Position numbers and translations under genes: made by a program. Shown here in pieces: positions 10,346 to 19,637 of a stretch of 64,000 nucleotides of DNA. The DNA is from an uncultured Bacilli bacterium (GTDB lineage: Bacteria; Bacillota_I; Bacilli_A; RF39; UBA660). How positions within the stretch are numbered: the first letter of the stretch is position 1; every line of letters starts with the position of its first letter. Under the pieces are notes generated by a model. The model ran no database searches. It saw only the letters and a program-made list of their open reading frames with translations, and was not told the origin of the DNA. The stretch spans positions 785 to 64,784 of the forward strand of contig CANRDE010000002.1 in NCBI GenBank assembly GCA_947629325.1, given 5' to 3'.

Positions 10346-11771
10346 CTGCAGTTATTCTTATTTTTTCTTTCGCCTCATTAATTGTATTTTCGTCAGGAAG
10401 CATTACATATAGTTCTTGAGTTGGATAAGTATAAGTAAAGCTTTTAAAATCACTACCATTAACACTAGTTGATTCAATATTCCAATTTGGCATTTTATCT
10501 ATTTGAGTACTTATTAAGTTCATAATTTTTTCGGAACTCATATTAGTAGTAAAACAATCATCTAAAGCCTTTAACAATTCATTATATTTTATTAATATAG
10601 AAGGTGAATAAGCTTTTTTGAAAATAGCTTGAATCATGGCTTGTTGGTTTTCTCCTCTAACTCGATCCCCTTCTAAAAAGGCTTTTCTTGTTCTAACAAA
10701 CTCTAGGGCTTGATCACCATTTACATGGTTGTATCCTTCATTAAAACGATAATACTTGAAAGTACTAGTAAATGAATGATTAGAATAAACATCAACTCCA
10801 TCTAAAGCATCAACTAATTTAACTAAAGCATTATAATTTACTTTTATATAATAATTTATCTCTAGGTCAAATAAATTTTCTATAGTTCCAACACTAGTTT
10901 CAACTCCATACATTCCTGCATGGGTTAATTTATCTTTTTGGCCAATGCCCGCTAATTCGACGAAATAGTCTCTAGGAATATTAACCATTAAAACATTATG
11001 AGTTTTAGGATTAATTGTTATGAGCATATTAACATCACTTAAAGCTTTTGAATTAACACTGCCATAAGAACCAATTCCAGACAAATAAACATTAAATGTT
11101 TCTTTGGTAACATCTACATCTTTACTTATGTCATTAATTTCCTCTTTGATAGAAAATTTATATAAAACCTGAGTCTTACTTAGTAAATTTTCATCTTCTT
11201 CTCTTAACATATCATAAAAACTTTCAATAATTAAAATAGCTTGCGAATTATTATTATATAAATCATCAAAAGCTTCAGAAAAGCCACTATATTCTTTACG
11301 ACTAAAATCTATTTTCTTGCTTAAGTCTTTTAAAGCTTTATCAATACTTGTATCGAGACTAGCAACATAACCTATTTGTTTTTGGGAAAGATCGTTAAGC
11401 TTCTTATAATTTGAATCTTTTAAAGTTACAACATAATAATTTTTCATTTCATAATTATTATTATTGGTAAAATTATCAATAAAATTAAAGGTAGTATTTA
11501 AATACATAAAAACCGCTATTAAAATAGCAATAAATAACCCCTCTAAAACTATTAAAAGATAATATAGCCATATTTTTAATCTTTTAAATATTGTCAAAAA
11601 AATTAATATTAAAGGTATTACTAAAACAATAATAGAATAAATTATCCAATATTTTAAGGGCAAAAGATTATATTTTAATAATAAAAAGGTATTTAAATAT
11701 ATTGCTGTTAATAAAATTATTCCAACTAAGACAGCTAAAATTTTTTTGAAATGTCGTTTTATTATTTTCAT
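10335..11771 (-). CDS. LytR-CpsA-Psr (LCP) family glycopolymer-to-peptidoglycan ligase
   Basis: 478 aa. N-terminal TM helices precede the LCP core motifs NIPRDYFV, KLTHAGMYG, FVRTRK and GDRVRGENQQ. Confidence 0.8.
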   Translation of the reverse strand: MKIIKRHFKKILAVLVGIILLTAIYLNTFLLLKYNLLPLKYWIIYSIIVLVIPLILIFLTIFKRLKIWLYYLLIVLEGLFIAILIAVFMYLNTTFNFIDNFTNNNNYEMKNYYVVTLKDSNYKKLNDLSQKQIGYVASLDTSIDKALKDLSKKIDFSRKEYSGFSEAFDDLYNNNSQAILIIESFYDMLREEDENLLSKTQVLYKFSIKEEINDISKDVDVTKETFNVYLSGIGSYGSVNSKALSDVNMLITINPKTHNVLMVNIPRDYFVELAGIGQKDKLTHAGMYGVETSVGTIENLFDLEINYYIKVNYNALVKLVDALDGVDVYSNHSFTSTFKYYRFNEGYNHVNGDQALEFVRTRKAFLEGDRVRGENQQAMIQAIFKKAYSPSILIKYNELLKALDDCFTTNMSSEKIMNLISTQIDKMPNWNIESTSVNGSDFKSFTYTYPTQELYVMLPDENTINEAKEKIRITAEGK

Positions 11772-12124
11772 TTTTTCCTCCCTTTTTCTTTTTTTAAATC
11801 ATACTCTAAAATAGAAATATCTTGTATTATATTCTTATTATTCTCGTTTATTTTAGAAATATTAGCATAAACACTAAATACTAAATAAAATAATAAAAAT
11901 ATTGCAATTAAAAATAACATATTTGGAGCTTCTTTAAAACCTAATAAAGATGCACATGTTTCAATTATATTAGGAAATAATATTAATATTAACATTAATA
12001 TAAAAATTATAGTCCAATATAAGCCAAATTTCATCGATAATTTTTTGGCTTTTATTGTTTTAAAAATTATATAAATACTTACTATTAATAATAAAATTAA
12101 TGAAAATTTTAGATTTAAAGACAT
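11768..12124 (-). CDS. small polytopic membrane protein (DUF2304-like partner of the upstream GT2)
   Basis: 118 aa with 3-4 hydrophobic helices. Shares a 1-nt junction with the GT2 gene and a 4-nt overlap with the LCP gene. The family name is recollection-level only. Confidence 0.45.
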   Translation of the reverse strand: MSLNLKFSLILLLIVSIYIIFKTIKAKKLSMKFGLYWTIIFILMLILILFPNIIETCASLLGFKEAPNMLFLIAIFLLFYLVFSVYANISKINENNKNIIQDISILEYDLKKEKGRKK

Positions 12125-12840
12125 TATTTATTCCTACTTTCAATAATACTTCTTACTATAATAGAATATGAAACTTTAATCATATAATAAATACTTTTTA
12201 AAGGTGTTATAGAAGATGATCCATTTAGTCTTTCGTGCATTTTAACTGGAATTTCTTTTACGGTATATCCTTTTTTTAAAATTAAAGCAATTGTTTCAGG
12301 CTCAGGATAATCATTAGGATAATCTTGAGAAAATAATTCAATTACTTTTTTGTCTATTGCTCTAAAACCGGAAGTTACATCATAAATTCTTTTTCCAGTT
12401 GTTAAAAATAAAATATTGGACAAAAATTTAATCCCTACTCTTCGCATTTTGGTTGATTGAAAATTACTTAGACCCCCAATATATCTTGAACCAATAACCA
12501 TAGAATATTTATTTTCCCCAATTTCAGTAATTAAATTATCAATATAATGGTAGTCATGTTGACCATCCCCATCAAATTGAATTACAATATCATAATCTTT
12601 TTTTAAAGCATATTTGTATCCTGTTTGCACCGCCCCACCAATTCCTAAATTTCTAATTAAATTAATGACGGGAATATTATTACGTTCACACACAAGTTTA
12701 GTATTATCAGTGGAACCATCATTAATTACAATGTAGTCGATAGAATATTTAGAAATTGTCTTTAATTTTTCTAAATTTTTACTAACTTCTAAAATATTTT
12801 TTTCTTCATTATAAGCTGGTACTACTACTAATATTTTCAT
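12124..12840 (-). CDS. GT2 polyprenol-phosphate glycosyltransferase
   Basis: 238 aa. Motifs VVVPAYNEEKNI, INDGSTDNT and QFDGDGQHD. Confidence 0.8.
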   Translation of the reverse strand: MKILVVVPAYNEEKNILEVSKNLEKLKTISKYSIDYIVINDGSTDNTKLVCERNNIPVINLIRNLGIGGAVQTGYKYALKKDYDIVIQFDGDGQHDYHYIDNLITEIGENKYSMVIGSRYIGGLSNFQSTKMRRVGIKFLSNILFLTTGKRIYDVTSGFRAIDKKVIELFSQDYPNDYPEPETIALILKKGYTVKEIPVKMHERLNGSSSITPLKSIYYMIKVSYSIIVRSIIESRNK

Positions 12841-12951
12841 ATTTTTTCCCTTTTATAAAATTATATATAACAAAATTAGTGACCAAGTTCATTCGCCATT
12901 TATTATTTAAAATCTTAATCCAATTTCCAACATCCAATTTTGACATAAACT

Positions 12952-14025
12952 TCATTTTAAAATCCCTTTCTTTTTTTTCGGCTTATGTTTATATAAAATA
13001 TCAGTTTTTAATATCATAAATAATAATAATAGCATTAAAATTAAATATAAAACTATTCCTTCTTTAGCATGACCTATAACATAGAAAATTGAAACAATGG
13101 AAAACATTATATTTATTAAATAGACGATAATAATGCTTACTCGGGGAGAAAACTTTAATTTTAATAGTTGATGATGAAAGTGTTCCTTATCGGGCGTCCC
13201 AATGCTTTCTCCTTTTAATAAGCGCCTAAATATCGCTAAAACTGTATCAAAAATAGGGATAGCTAAAATAACAACTGGAATTACTAAAGAAGTTAAAGTA
13301 GCAACTTTAAAACTCATTAATGCTATAACGGAAATCATAAATCCTAAAAATAAGCTGCCGGAATCTCCCATAAATATTTTCGCCGGAGGAAAATTGAATA
13401 CTAAAAATCCCAATGTGGCTCCTAACATAATTAAAGATAAAATAATATCAAGTCCACCTAATTTGGATAAAATAATAGCTATAACACTAATAGTTAAAAA
13501 ATAAATGCTACTAATACCACCTGCTAAACCATCCAAGCCATCAATTAAATTGATAGCATTAGAGATAGCTACAATGAAAAATGTTGATAAAACATAACTT
13601 GTTAACAAATTAAATTTTAAATGAAGCCCCAAAAAAGTTATTTCGGAAAAATATACTTGACCATAAATAACTACTATTAAAGCCGATATTATTTGTACTA
13701 AAAATTTATATCTTGCTTTGATAGGCTTAATATCATCAAACACTCCAATTAAAAAAATAATAAAAGATCCAATTAAAATTGAAAGCATTTGGGTAGTAAT
13801 TTCTCCATATAAAATATAACCCATTAAAAAAGCTCCATAAATTGCTATTCCTCCTAATCGGGGCATAGGTTTAGTATGTACTTTTCTTTCGTTAGGGATA
13901 TCAATTGCTCCCACATGATAAGCTATTTTTTTAGCTATAGGAACTAAAATTAAGCTAGTTATAAAAGTTATCATTATTATTTCTACAATATTATGTCCAT
14001 TAACTATCCAATTCATTTTTAACAC
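12952..14025 (-). CDS. tagO: UDP-GlcNAc:undecaprenyl-phosphate GlcNAc-1-phosphate transferase (MraY/WecA/TagO family)
   Basis: 357 aa, polytopic. Motifs NAINLIDGLDGLAGG and FMGDSGSLFLGF. Confidence 0.8.
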   Translation of the reverse strand: MLKMNWIVNGHNIVEIIMITFITSLILVPIAKKIAYHVGAIDIPNERKVHTKPMPRLGGIAIYGAFLMGYILYGEITTQMLSILIGSFIIFLIGVFDDIKPIKARYKFLVQIISALIVVIYGQVYFSEITFLGLHLKFNLLTSYVLSTFFIVAISNAINLIDGLDGLAGGISSIYFLTISVIAIILSKLGGLDIILSLIMLGATLGFLVFNFPPAKIFMGDSGSLFLGFMISVIALMSFKVATLTSLVIPVVILAIPIFDTVLAIFRRLLKGESIGTPDKEHFHHQLLKLKFSPRVSIIIVYLINIMFSIVSIFYVIGHAKEGIVLYLILMLLLLFMILKTDILYKHKPKKKKGILK

Positions 14026-14081
14026 CTATTTTAATTATACCTTATAAACAATAAAAAAGGAAGAATTTAAATTATTTTAAA

Positions 14082-15512
14082 TTATTTCTTCCTTTTATTT
14101 TTTTTCTTTTTATTACCTAAAAAGTCATATTCTTCATATTCATCGTCAATATCAGAATCATTTGCTATTATTTCTTTTAATTCATTAACATCTTCTTTAA
14201 TGATATTTTCCTTTATTTCTTCATCCATCTTTTCTTTTTTGGCTTTTTTACTTTTCTTTGAAGGCTCATTATTAAAATTTTCTTCTTCTGATTTAACATT
14301 AAGCTTCTTTTTTCTTTTTGATAAACTAATAATACAAATTAAGGATAATAATAATCCAATTCCAAAAGCAATAATAACATATAAATATATCTCATTTAAT
14401 TTAGATAATTCTTCTAAAGGCTTAGTATCATATAACGCGAATGTTTTATTAATTGAATCATAAATATAATAATCTTTTTTACCGGTTGCCACATTTAAAC
14501 CATACACAATATAACTTGTCGAAGTATTTTCAAAAGTCATTGCTGAATAAGATGTCCCATTAATCAAAGATTTTGTTTTCTTTAATCCAATTAAGTCATC
14601 ATCAGCTTCTAATATAACTATCCTCAAAGAATTTCCCATTAATTCATTATATTTTTCGTATTTACCATTATTATAGATAAAGCTTTCGATTGTACCATCT
14701 TCACTTTTTAATCCTACTAACGTATAATTTATTTTTTCATTATAACAAGCAGGAATAGGAATATTTTCGATAACAATTTCTTTATCAGTATATAACTCTG
14801 GACATTTAAAATTATCTTTTAATTTTACTATAGAATATGTTTTATCATCAACTGTTACATTAATAGGATTTTGGTCTATAACATTGACTACTAAAGTATA
14901 TACTTTGTCTTTACCACTTTCTGATTTAACTACAATACTTAAATTATTAATGCCTTGCACTATATCTATGTTTCCTGTTCCAGTTACTGTGGCATGAGAC
15001 TCATTAGCTAAAGCATTAATCTTGATATTCGTAACTCCCTCTTGAACCGTTACTTGATAATCGGTTACATCTTTACTAAAGGAGGGCGTTATTTCATAGC
15101 CTTCGACACTTAAACTTTTTAAATTATTATCAGTGGATTTTTCTCTTGGTAATGAAACTGTTATTTGAACTGATTTAGCCCCTAAACTAGTAGAATTACC
15201 ATTACTATCACTTACGCCGCTTGGTGTTATTGTAATCGTCGCTGTTCCAACTTTTAAAGCACTTAAATTAATAGTATAAGAATCGTTTTCAATCCAAGCA
15301 CGGTCTTCACTAACAGAAATTATAGATGGATCAGAAGATGTGATATTAAATCTTCCCGTAACATCATTACCAGAAATAGTTAGTTTGGTAGAACCACCTT
15401 TAGTTAAACTTTTGCTTCCAACATTAATAGAAAAAGAAGCGGCCTTTACTACACTAACGTTTAAAAACATTACAAAGATTAATAACAGTATTTTTCTAAT
15501 ATTTTTTTTCAT
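14082..15512 (-). CDS. cell-surface protein: signal peptide, Big_2-like domain, cadherin-like beta-sandwich domain, C-terminal TM anchor and K/E/D-rich tail
   Basis: 476 aa. N-terminal signal VSVVKA/AS. SSDPSIISVS..KVGTATITIT is Big_2-like. LKSLSVEGYEITPSFSKDVTDYQVTV is the cadherin-like beta-sandwich signature. A TM helix YVIIAFGIGLLLSLICIISL is followed by a charged tail. Confidence 0.6.
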   Translation of the reverse strand: MKKNIRKILLLIFVMFLNVSVVKAASFSINVGSKSLTKGGSTKLTISGNDVTGRFNITSSDPSIISVSEDRAWIENDSYTINLSALKVGTATITITPSGVSDSNGNSTSLGAKSVQITVSLPREKSTDNNLKSLSVEGYEITPSFSKDVTDYQVTVQEGVTNIKINALANESHATVTGTGNIDIVQGINNLSIVVKSESGKDKVYTLVVNVIDQNPINVTVDDKTYSIVKLKDNFKCPELYTDKEIVIENIPIPACYNEKINYTLVGLKSEDGTIESFIYNNGKYEKYNELMGNSLRIVILEADDDLIGLKKTKSLINGTSYSAMTFENTSTSYIVYGLNVATGKKDYYIYDSINKTFALYDTKPLEELSKLNEIYLYVIIAFGIGLLLSLICIISLSKRKKKLNVKSEEENFNNEPSKKSKKAKKEKMDEEIKENIIKEDVNELKEIIANDSDIDDEYEEYDFLGNKKKKNKRKK

Positions 15513-15515
15513 AAA

Positions 15516-17234
15516 TTACCTCCCCATAATACTATTTTTAATTTTAACATAATCTGTAGCTCCTATTGAATTACTATTATCGACATCAGCAGCTAAACTT
15601 TGCGCTAAGTCAAGTTCACTTCCGGCTTTTTCCATAATATAATTTTTAATTTTGACATAATCTGTAGCGCCAATAACTCCATCACCATCGACATCACCAC
15701 TAACAATAATTGTATAACTATAAGTGGTATCATTCAAAGTTATTGTTATAGTTTGACCAGTTTTTATAATATCGTTATCTTCTCCATTAACTGTCACAGA
15801 ATAACCGTTTAATTTGGCCTTTATTTCGCCAATTGTCATTCCTGGATTTAACCCTATAATACAGTCTTGATTTTTAATAACATTTAATGTTGCTAAAATT
15901 ACATTTTCATCTACACTAGTTTCGTTTGGAGAGCCTACTATGACATTATCATAACCACCGCTAGCCCAAACAAGTCCTTCCAAAATAGGACTTTCGGCCC
16001 CACTAGATGCGCCAATATTAAAGAAATTATATAATCCTTTATATGTTACGCCTTTATAAGTAAACTCATCTCCACTAGTAGCTCTAGAACCGTTATTCCC
16101 TGATTCTTGTTTAGCTAAACTGGCTAAATATACTGAACTCATATTAGCTGTACGACCAGCTTCTACAAAAATAGCCGAATATAATTGGTTATCTAAAATG
16201 GAATAATTATCCATAAAAGTATTTTTTAAAACTGATTGAACAACTTCTTCGGTAAAATTTTCACTATATCCTAAAGTTTCAAACATTAAAATTCTTTCTA
16301 CATTTAAGAAATTACGCGGATCTAAATAATATCCTACTGTAGCAGTATTAGCCTTATACCAGCCATTTTCCGTTTGAACTCTTTGACCACTTGACAAATC
16401 ATAATAACTATCTCCACCTTGAATGGAACTAACACTTTGCTCAGCAATTATAGATTTATTAAAGTCTAAGTTAGTAATTAATGATTTAAACGTCCAATTA
16501 GGATAACTATTATGAATTAATCTTAATTTACATTTATAAGACTCGGGAAAACTTTGAGCATCTAATAAATTTTCAAAATTTTGATCTGTTATCTCCGCTT
16601 GACATGATGTATCAATATCTTTACCAGGAAGTTGCGTGTAATCCGGCATATCTAAAAAGATGGGAATAGTAAATTCTAAGGGCAATGCTAATAGACCATT
16701 ATCCCGATAACTTTTATAACTAGAATAAGCTTCCGAATAAGGCGCAGCTAAATTGGCCATATATTGATGATTATAAACTTTATTAGCACTATTTGGATTA
16801 ACATTAAATTTTTTTAAATAAGAAGTAAATTGACCTTTGTTTATATAAGAAGCAGAAATAAACTTAGCACCTCCAACTATTGCAGCTTTAGGCGTAGTCC
16901 AAGGTCTATCATAAATATCAGTTATTGTACCATCACTATTAATTATACTAACATAATCGCCACATACATAACCACTAGTAGTACTATCATAATAAATACG
17001 ATACCAACCATTGGAACAGCCTTGTTCGCTTGTTACTTTATCTTTACTAATTAAAGAATAATTGGTAGATTTAGTCAATATTTTAATAACAGTATAATTA
17101 GTTCCAGGACCACTTCGCAAATTAACATCATTTGCTGTTATTCGAGCCCAATTTTCTTCAGCATAAGAAATATTCATTTTAAAAATGAAGAGAAAAATAA
17201 AAAATATAATAATTCTAAAATATTTATTTTTCAT
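15516..17234 (-). CDS. secreted peptidoglycan hydrolase: SH3b, GH73-like glucosaminidase and a C-terminal dockerin pair
   Basis: 572 aa with a signal peptide. SH3b-like segment: ARITANDVNLRSGPGTNYTVI. GH73-like segment: YLASLAKQESGNNGS...YNFFNIGA. Two 22-residue dockerin segments: GDVDGDGVIGATDYVKIKNYIM and ADVDNSNSIGATDYVKIKNSIM. Confidence 0.6.
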   Translation of the reverse strand: MKNKYFRIIIFFIFLFIFKMNISYAEENWARITANDVNLRSGPGTNYTVIKILTKSTNYSLISKDKVTSEQGCSNGWYRIYYDSTTSGYVCGDYVSIINSDGTITDIYDRPWTTPKAAIVGGAKFISASYINKGQFTSYLKKFNVNPNSANKVYNHQYMANLAAPYSEAYSSYKSYRDNGLLALPLEFTIPIFLDMPDYTQLPGKDIDTSCQAEITDQNFENLLDAQSFPESYKCKLRLIHNSYPNWTFKSLITNLDFNKSIIAEQSVSSIQGGDSYYDLSSGQRVQTENGWYKANTATVGYYLDPRNFLNVERILMFETLGYSENFTEEVVQSVLKNTFMDNYSILDNQLYSAIFVEAGRTANMSSVYLASLAKQESGNNGSRATSGDEFTYKGVTYKGLYNFFNIGASSGAESPILEGLVWASGGYDNVIVGSPNETSVDENVILATLNVIKNQDCIIGLNPGMTIGEIKAKLNGYSVTVNGEDNDIIKTGQTITITLNDTTYSYTIIVSGDVDGDGVIGATDYVKIKNYIMEKAGSELDLAQSLAADVDNSNSIGATDYVKIKNSIMGR

Positions 17235-17385
17235 TTATGCCTACTTTCTACCTTTTATTTTACCATATTTTCTCTTAAATTGGTTATTCTTATTCTATTT
17301 ATGTCAAATATTACCACCAAATTTACATTTTTCGACTATTATTTTTTAAAAACATATAATATAATAATGACGAGGTCGAATTAAA

Positions 17386-17757
17386 ATGAATAAAACATTT
17401 GATGCCATCGATATATTTTTTATAGTAATAATTTTAATATATTTTAGTGTTCTTATTACTTTTATTATCATTTTTCTAAATAAATATTTTAAATTAGAAA
17501 AAGAGGAAAAAGAAAAAATAGAAAATATTTCTAAAACTTTAACAACTAATTTAAATTTAGTACCAAAAAAAGAAGAAAAATCAGAAGTTAAAAAAGTTTC
17601 AAAAACTAGTAAGGCTAAAACGACAACTAAAAAAAATAGTAAGAAAACAGCTAAAACTCCAACCAAGAAAACTAGCACCAAGAACTCTAGCCAAAAGAAA
17701 AATAAAAGTACTTCATCTAAAAAGAAGCAAAGTTCTAAAAAAGGGAAAAACAAATAA
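17386..17757 (+). CDS. small membrane protein with a K/S/T-rich basic tail
   Basis: 123 aa. GAGGT lies 8 nt upstream of the ATG. One TM helix is followed by a ~70-aa Lys/Ser/Thr-rich low-complexity tail. The mirror ORF 17346..17753(-) is its antisense shadow. Confidence 0.5.
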   Translation: MNKTFDAIDIFFIVIILIYFSVLITFIIIFLNKYFKLEKEEKEKIENISKTLTTNLNLVPKKEEKSEVKKVSKTSKAKTTTKKNSKKTAKTPTKKTSTKNSSQKKNKSTSSKKKQSSKKGKNK

Positions 17758-17773
17758 TTATTTTTCCCTTTTT
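17737..17773. terminator. bidirectional hairpin shared by convergent genes
   Basis: AAAAAAGGGAAAAA (17737-17750) pairs with TTTTTCCCTTTTT (17761-17773). The two stop codons abut at 17757/17758, so both 3' coding ends lie inside the stem. Confidence 0.5.
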
Positions 17774-18087
17774 AAATGCATACTAGTTGATGATGCCTTT
17801 AATATTTTTTGAATTTTTTTACCTTTTACACTAAAATGCGTAACCACTTCTATAAGTTCACTTTCATCACTCTCAAATAATTTTATTACCGCTTGATCAA
17901 TTCTTTCGGTAACTAAATTAATAAGAATAAATGCTAGATTATTTGCCAAAAGTAAAGCCTCATAATTGGTTACGGTATCACAAAGATATTTTTCCCATTC
18001 ATCTTGTAAATCCTTTTTTATTGCTCCAAAGCTTACTGTATAATTAATTAAATTTTCAATTGCTCTATAAAAGTTATTTACAGCCAT
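17758..18087 (-). CDS. hypothetical cytoplasmic protein (109 aa)
   Basis: ORF with a GGTGAG RBS 5 nt upstream and a consensus promoter. I recognise no family. Confidence 0.5.
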   Translation of the reverse strand: MAVNNFYRAIENLINYTVSFGAIKKDLQDEWEKYLCDTVTNYEALLLANNLAFILINLVTERIDQAVIKLFESDESELIEVVTHFSVKGKKIQKILKASSTSMHLKREK

Positions 18088-18106
18088 TATTACTCACCGA
18101 AAATAG

Positions 18107-18135
18107 ATTATAGTTAAGAATTTTTATAATGTCAA
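18107..18135 (-). promoter_or_regulatory. consensus sigma-A-type promoter TTGACA-17-TATAAT
   Basis: On the minus strand the -35 TTGACA is at 18135..18130, the spacer is 17 nt, and the -10 TATAAT is at 18112..18107. It sits just downstream of the lipoprotein gene's hairpin terminator (AAATAGAC/GTCTATTT, ~18140-18160). Confidence 0.55.
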
Positions 18136-18158
18136 TAAAAAATAGACATATAGTCTAT

Positions 18159-18698
18159 TTAATCTAAATCATAATTATAAACGCCATGAATTTTAAGTAA
18201 ATCATTTTCTGTTGGTTGTTCAACGTAATACTTATCTTTTTCTTTTGTTACTGTGAATACTATAGTATGAGATATTTTATCTGTAACATTTTTCATTTTA
18301 TCTAATTTATAATCCATAAATTTTTCAACACTATAGACTCCATTTTCATCATTAAACTCATCATGATGATCCTCTAAATAAATACTAGCATCTGCTTGGG
18401 GTTTATATAAATCATAAACCGTTACTTCTACAGTTATATAACTAATATCGTCGTCATATTCTTCTTCCACTATTTTATAAGCTAAATCTTTATATTGTTT
18501 CTTTAAAATCTCACGATATTTTTCTTCTTGATCTCTAGTTAAATTTTCGGCTTCCACAACGCTTTCTAAATCTACTAAGACTTCACTATCTAATGTTTTA
18601 TATTTTTTTAAATAGTTCTCTACCGCATCTCGAGCGGTATTATTGCCACATCCAGTCAATAAAAGAATCATAAGTAATAATACTCCAATTTTTTTCAT
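18159..18698 (-). CDS. lipoprotein of unknown function
   Basis: Lipobox LLLTGC follows MKKIGVLLLMI. AGGAGA lies 6 nt upstream of this internal ATG, so the start is placed at 18698 rather than the ORF-track 18716. Confidence 0.65.
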   Translation of the reverse strand: MKKIGVLLLMILLLTGCGNNTARDAVENYLKKYKTLDSEVLVDLESVVEAENLTRDQEEKYREILKKQYKDLAYKIVEEEYDDDISYITVEVTVYDLYKPQADASIYLEDHHDEFNDENGVYSVEKFMDYKLDKMKNVTDKISHTIVFTVTKEKDKYYVEQPTENDLLKIHGVYNYDLD

Positions 18699-18742
18699 TC
18701 CATCTCTCCTAATCATTTCTATTATTCACGTTTTATACTATT

Positions 18743-19375
18743 TTATACATTGTTATACGATAATTTTATTAATTCATAAATTGAATATTCTTTATCAGTT
18801 AAATGACTATTTAATTTGTTTAACATATTATCTTTCATTAAATTTATATCTTCTAAAAGTTCATTAAACCACTCTAAATATAAATATTTTAATTTACTAT
18901 ACTCTTTATTCTCATATATTTTAATAATTTCGGCCTTTAATACTTTTTTTACTTTTATTTCTTGTCTCGTTTCTAAAAGGCATTTTTCTTTATCAATTAT
19001 TTCGTATTCAATTTTCTTTATGTTAATATTATATATAAATTCGTTTATATTAAGTTCATCATCCAATATTAAACTACTTTTATTGATTTCTAGGCCATCA
19101 TCATTAAATTCAAGCGCAAGAGAATTTTTGCCATCACTAAACAAAGCAGTATACTTTAAGTATTTATTTTGTTTTAATTTAGTCTTATTTTCTATAGTAG
19201 TTAAGAATTCTTTCGTTACTTTAACTACTTTGGAATAAAAATTAATAAACGTTTTTTGATCAACATGAATTAAAGGAATTTTTTTAATAAATTCTAAATT
19301 ATCAGATTCATCCCATTCATAAAACATGCAATAAGAATCTTGAAAATTCAGTAATATATCATAGTAATAATCCAT
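18743..19375 (-). CDS. hypothetical protein (210 aa)
   Basis: Clean ORF abutting the 65-aa membrane ORF with a 0-nt gap. No recognisable motif. Confidence 0.5.
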   Translation of the reverse strand: MDYYYDILLNFQDSYCMFYEWDESDNLEFIKKIPLIHVDQKTFINFYSKVVKVTKEFLTTIENKTKLKQNKYLKYTALFSDGKNSLALEFNDDGLEINKSSLILDDELNINEFIYNINIKKIEYEIIDKEKCLLETRQEIKVKKVLKAEIIKIYENKEYSKLKYLYLEWFNELLEDINLMKDNMLNKLNSHLTDKEYSIYELIKLSYNNV

Positions 19376-19573
19376 TTATCTTTTCCTCCTTAACGATAAA
19401 AAAAGCAAAAAAATTCCAATAAAGAAAAAATCACACCATATACTTCTAATAATAAAATAAACAAATTCTAAAAAACTATACCCCATAACAAATAAATTTA
19501 AATGTAAAAAAATAAAAAATAATCCTAAAGTAGCTAAAACAAAGCCTAAAATAAATATTCCAATATTTAACAT
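19376..19573 (-). CDS. small two-TM membrane protein
   Basis: 65 aa with two hydrophobic helices, contiguous with the downstream ORF. Confidence 0.4.
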   Translation of the reverse strand: MLNIGIFILGFVLATLGLFFIFLHLNLFVMGYSFLEFVYFIIRSIWCDFFFIGIFLLFLSLRRKR

Positions 19574-19637
19574 ACTATCTATAATATTTTATTTATAATT
19601 TATGAAAAATATTATATAATTAATTAAGGTGAATAAA

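Noticed and set aside
17346-17753. 135-aa minus-strand ORF (F/L-rich) mirroring 17386..17757(+)
   Set aside because: It is the complement of Lys-codon runs. It has no RBS, and its stop/start geometry conflicts with the adjacent 17758..18087 gene. The plus-strand ORF has a GAGGT RBS and a sensible TM-plus-tail architecture.
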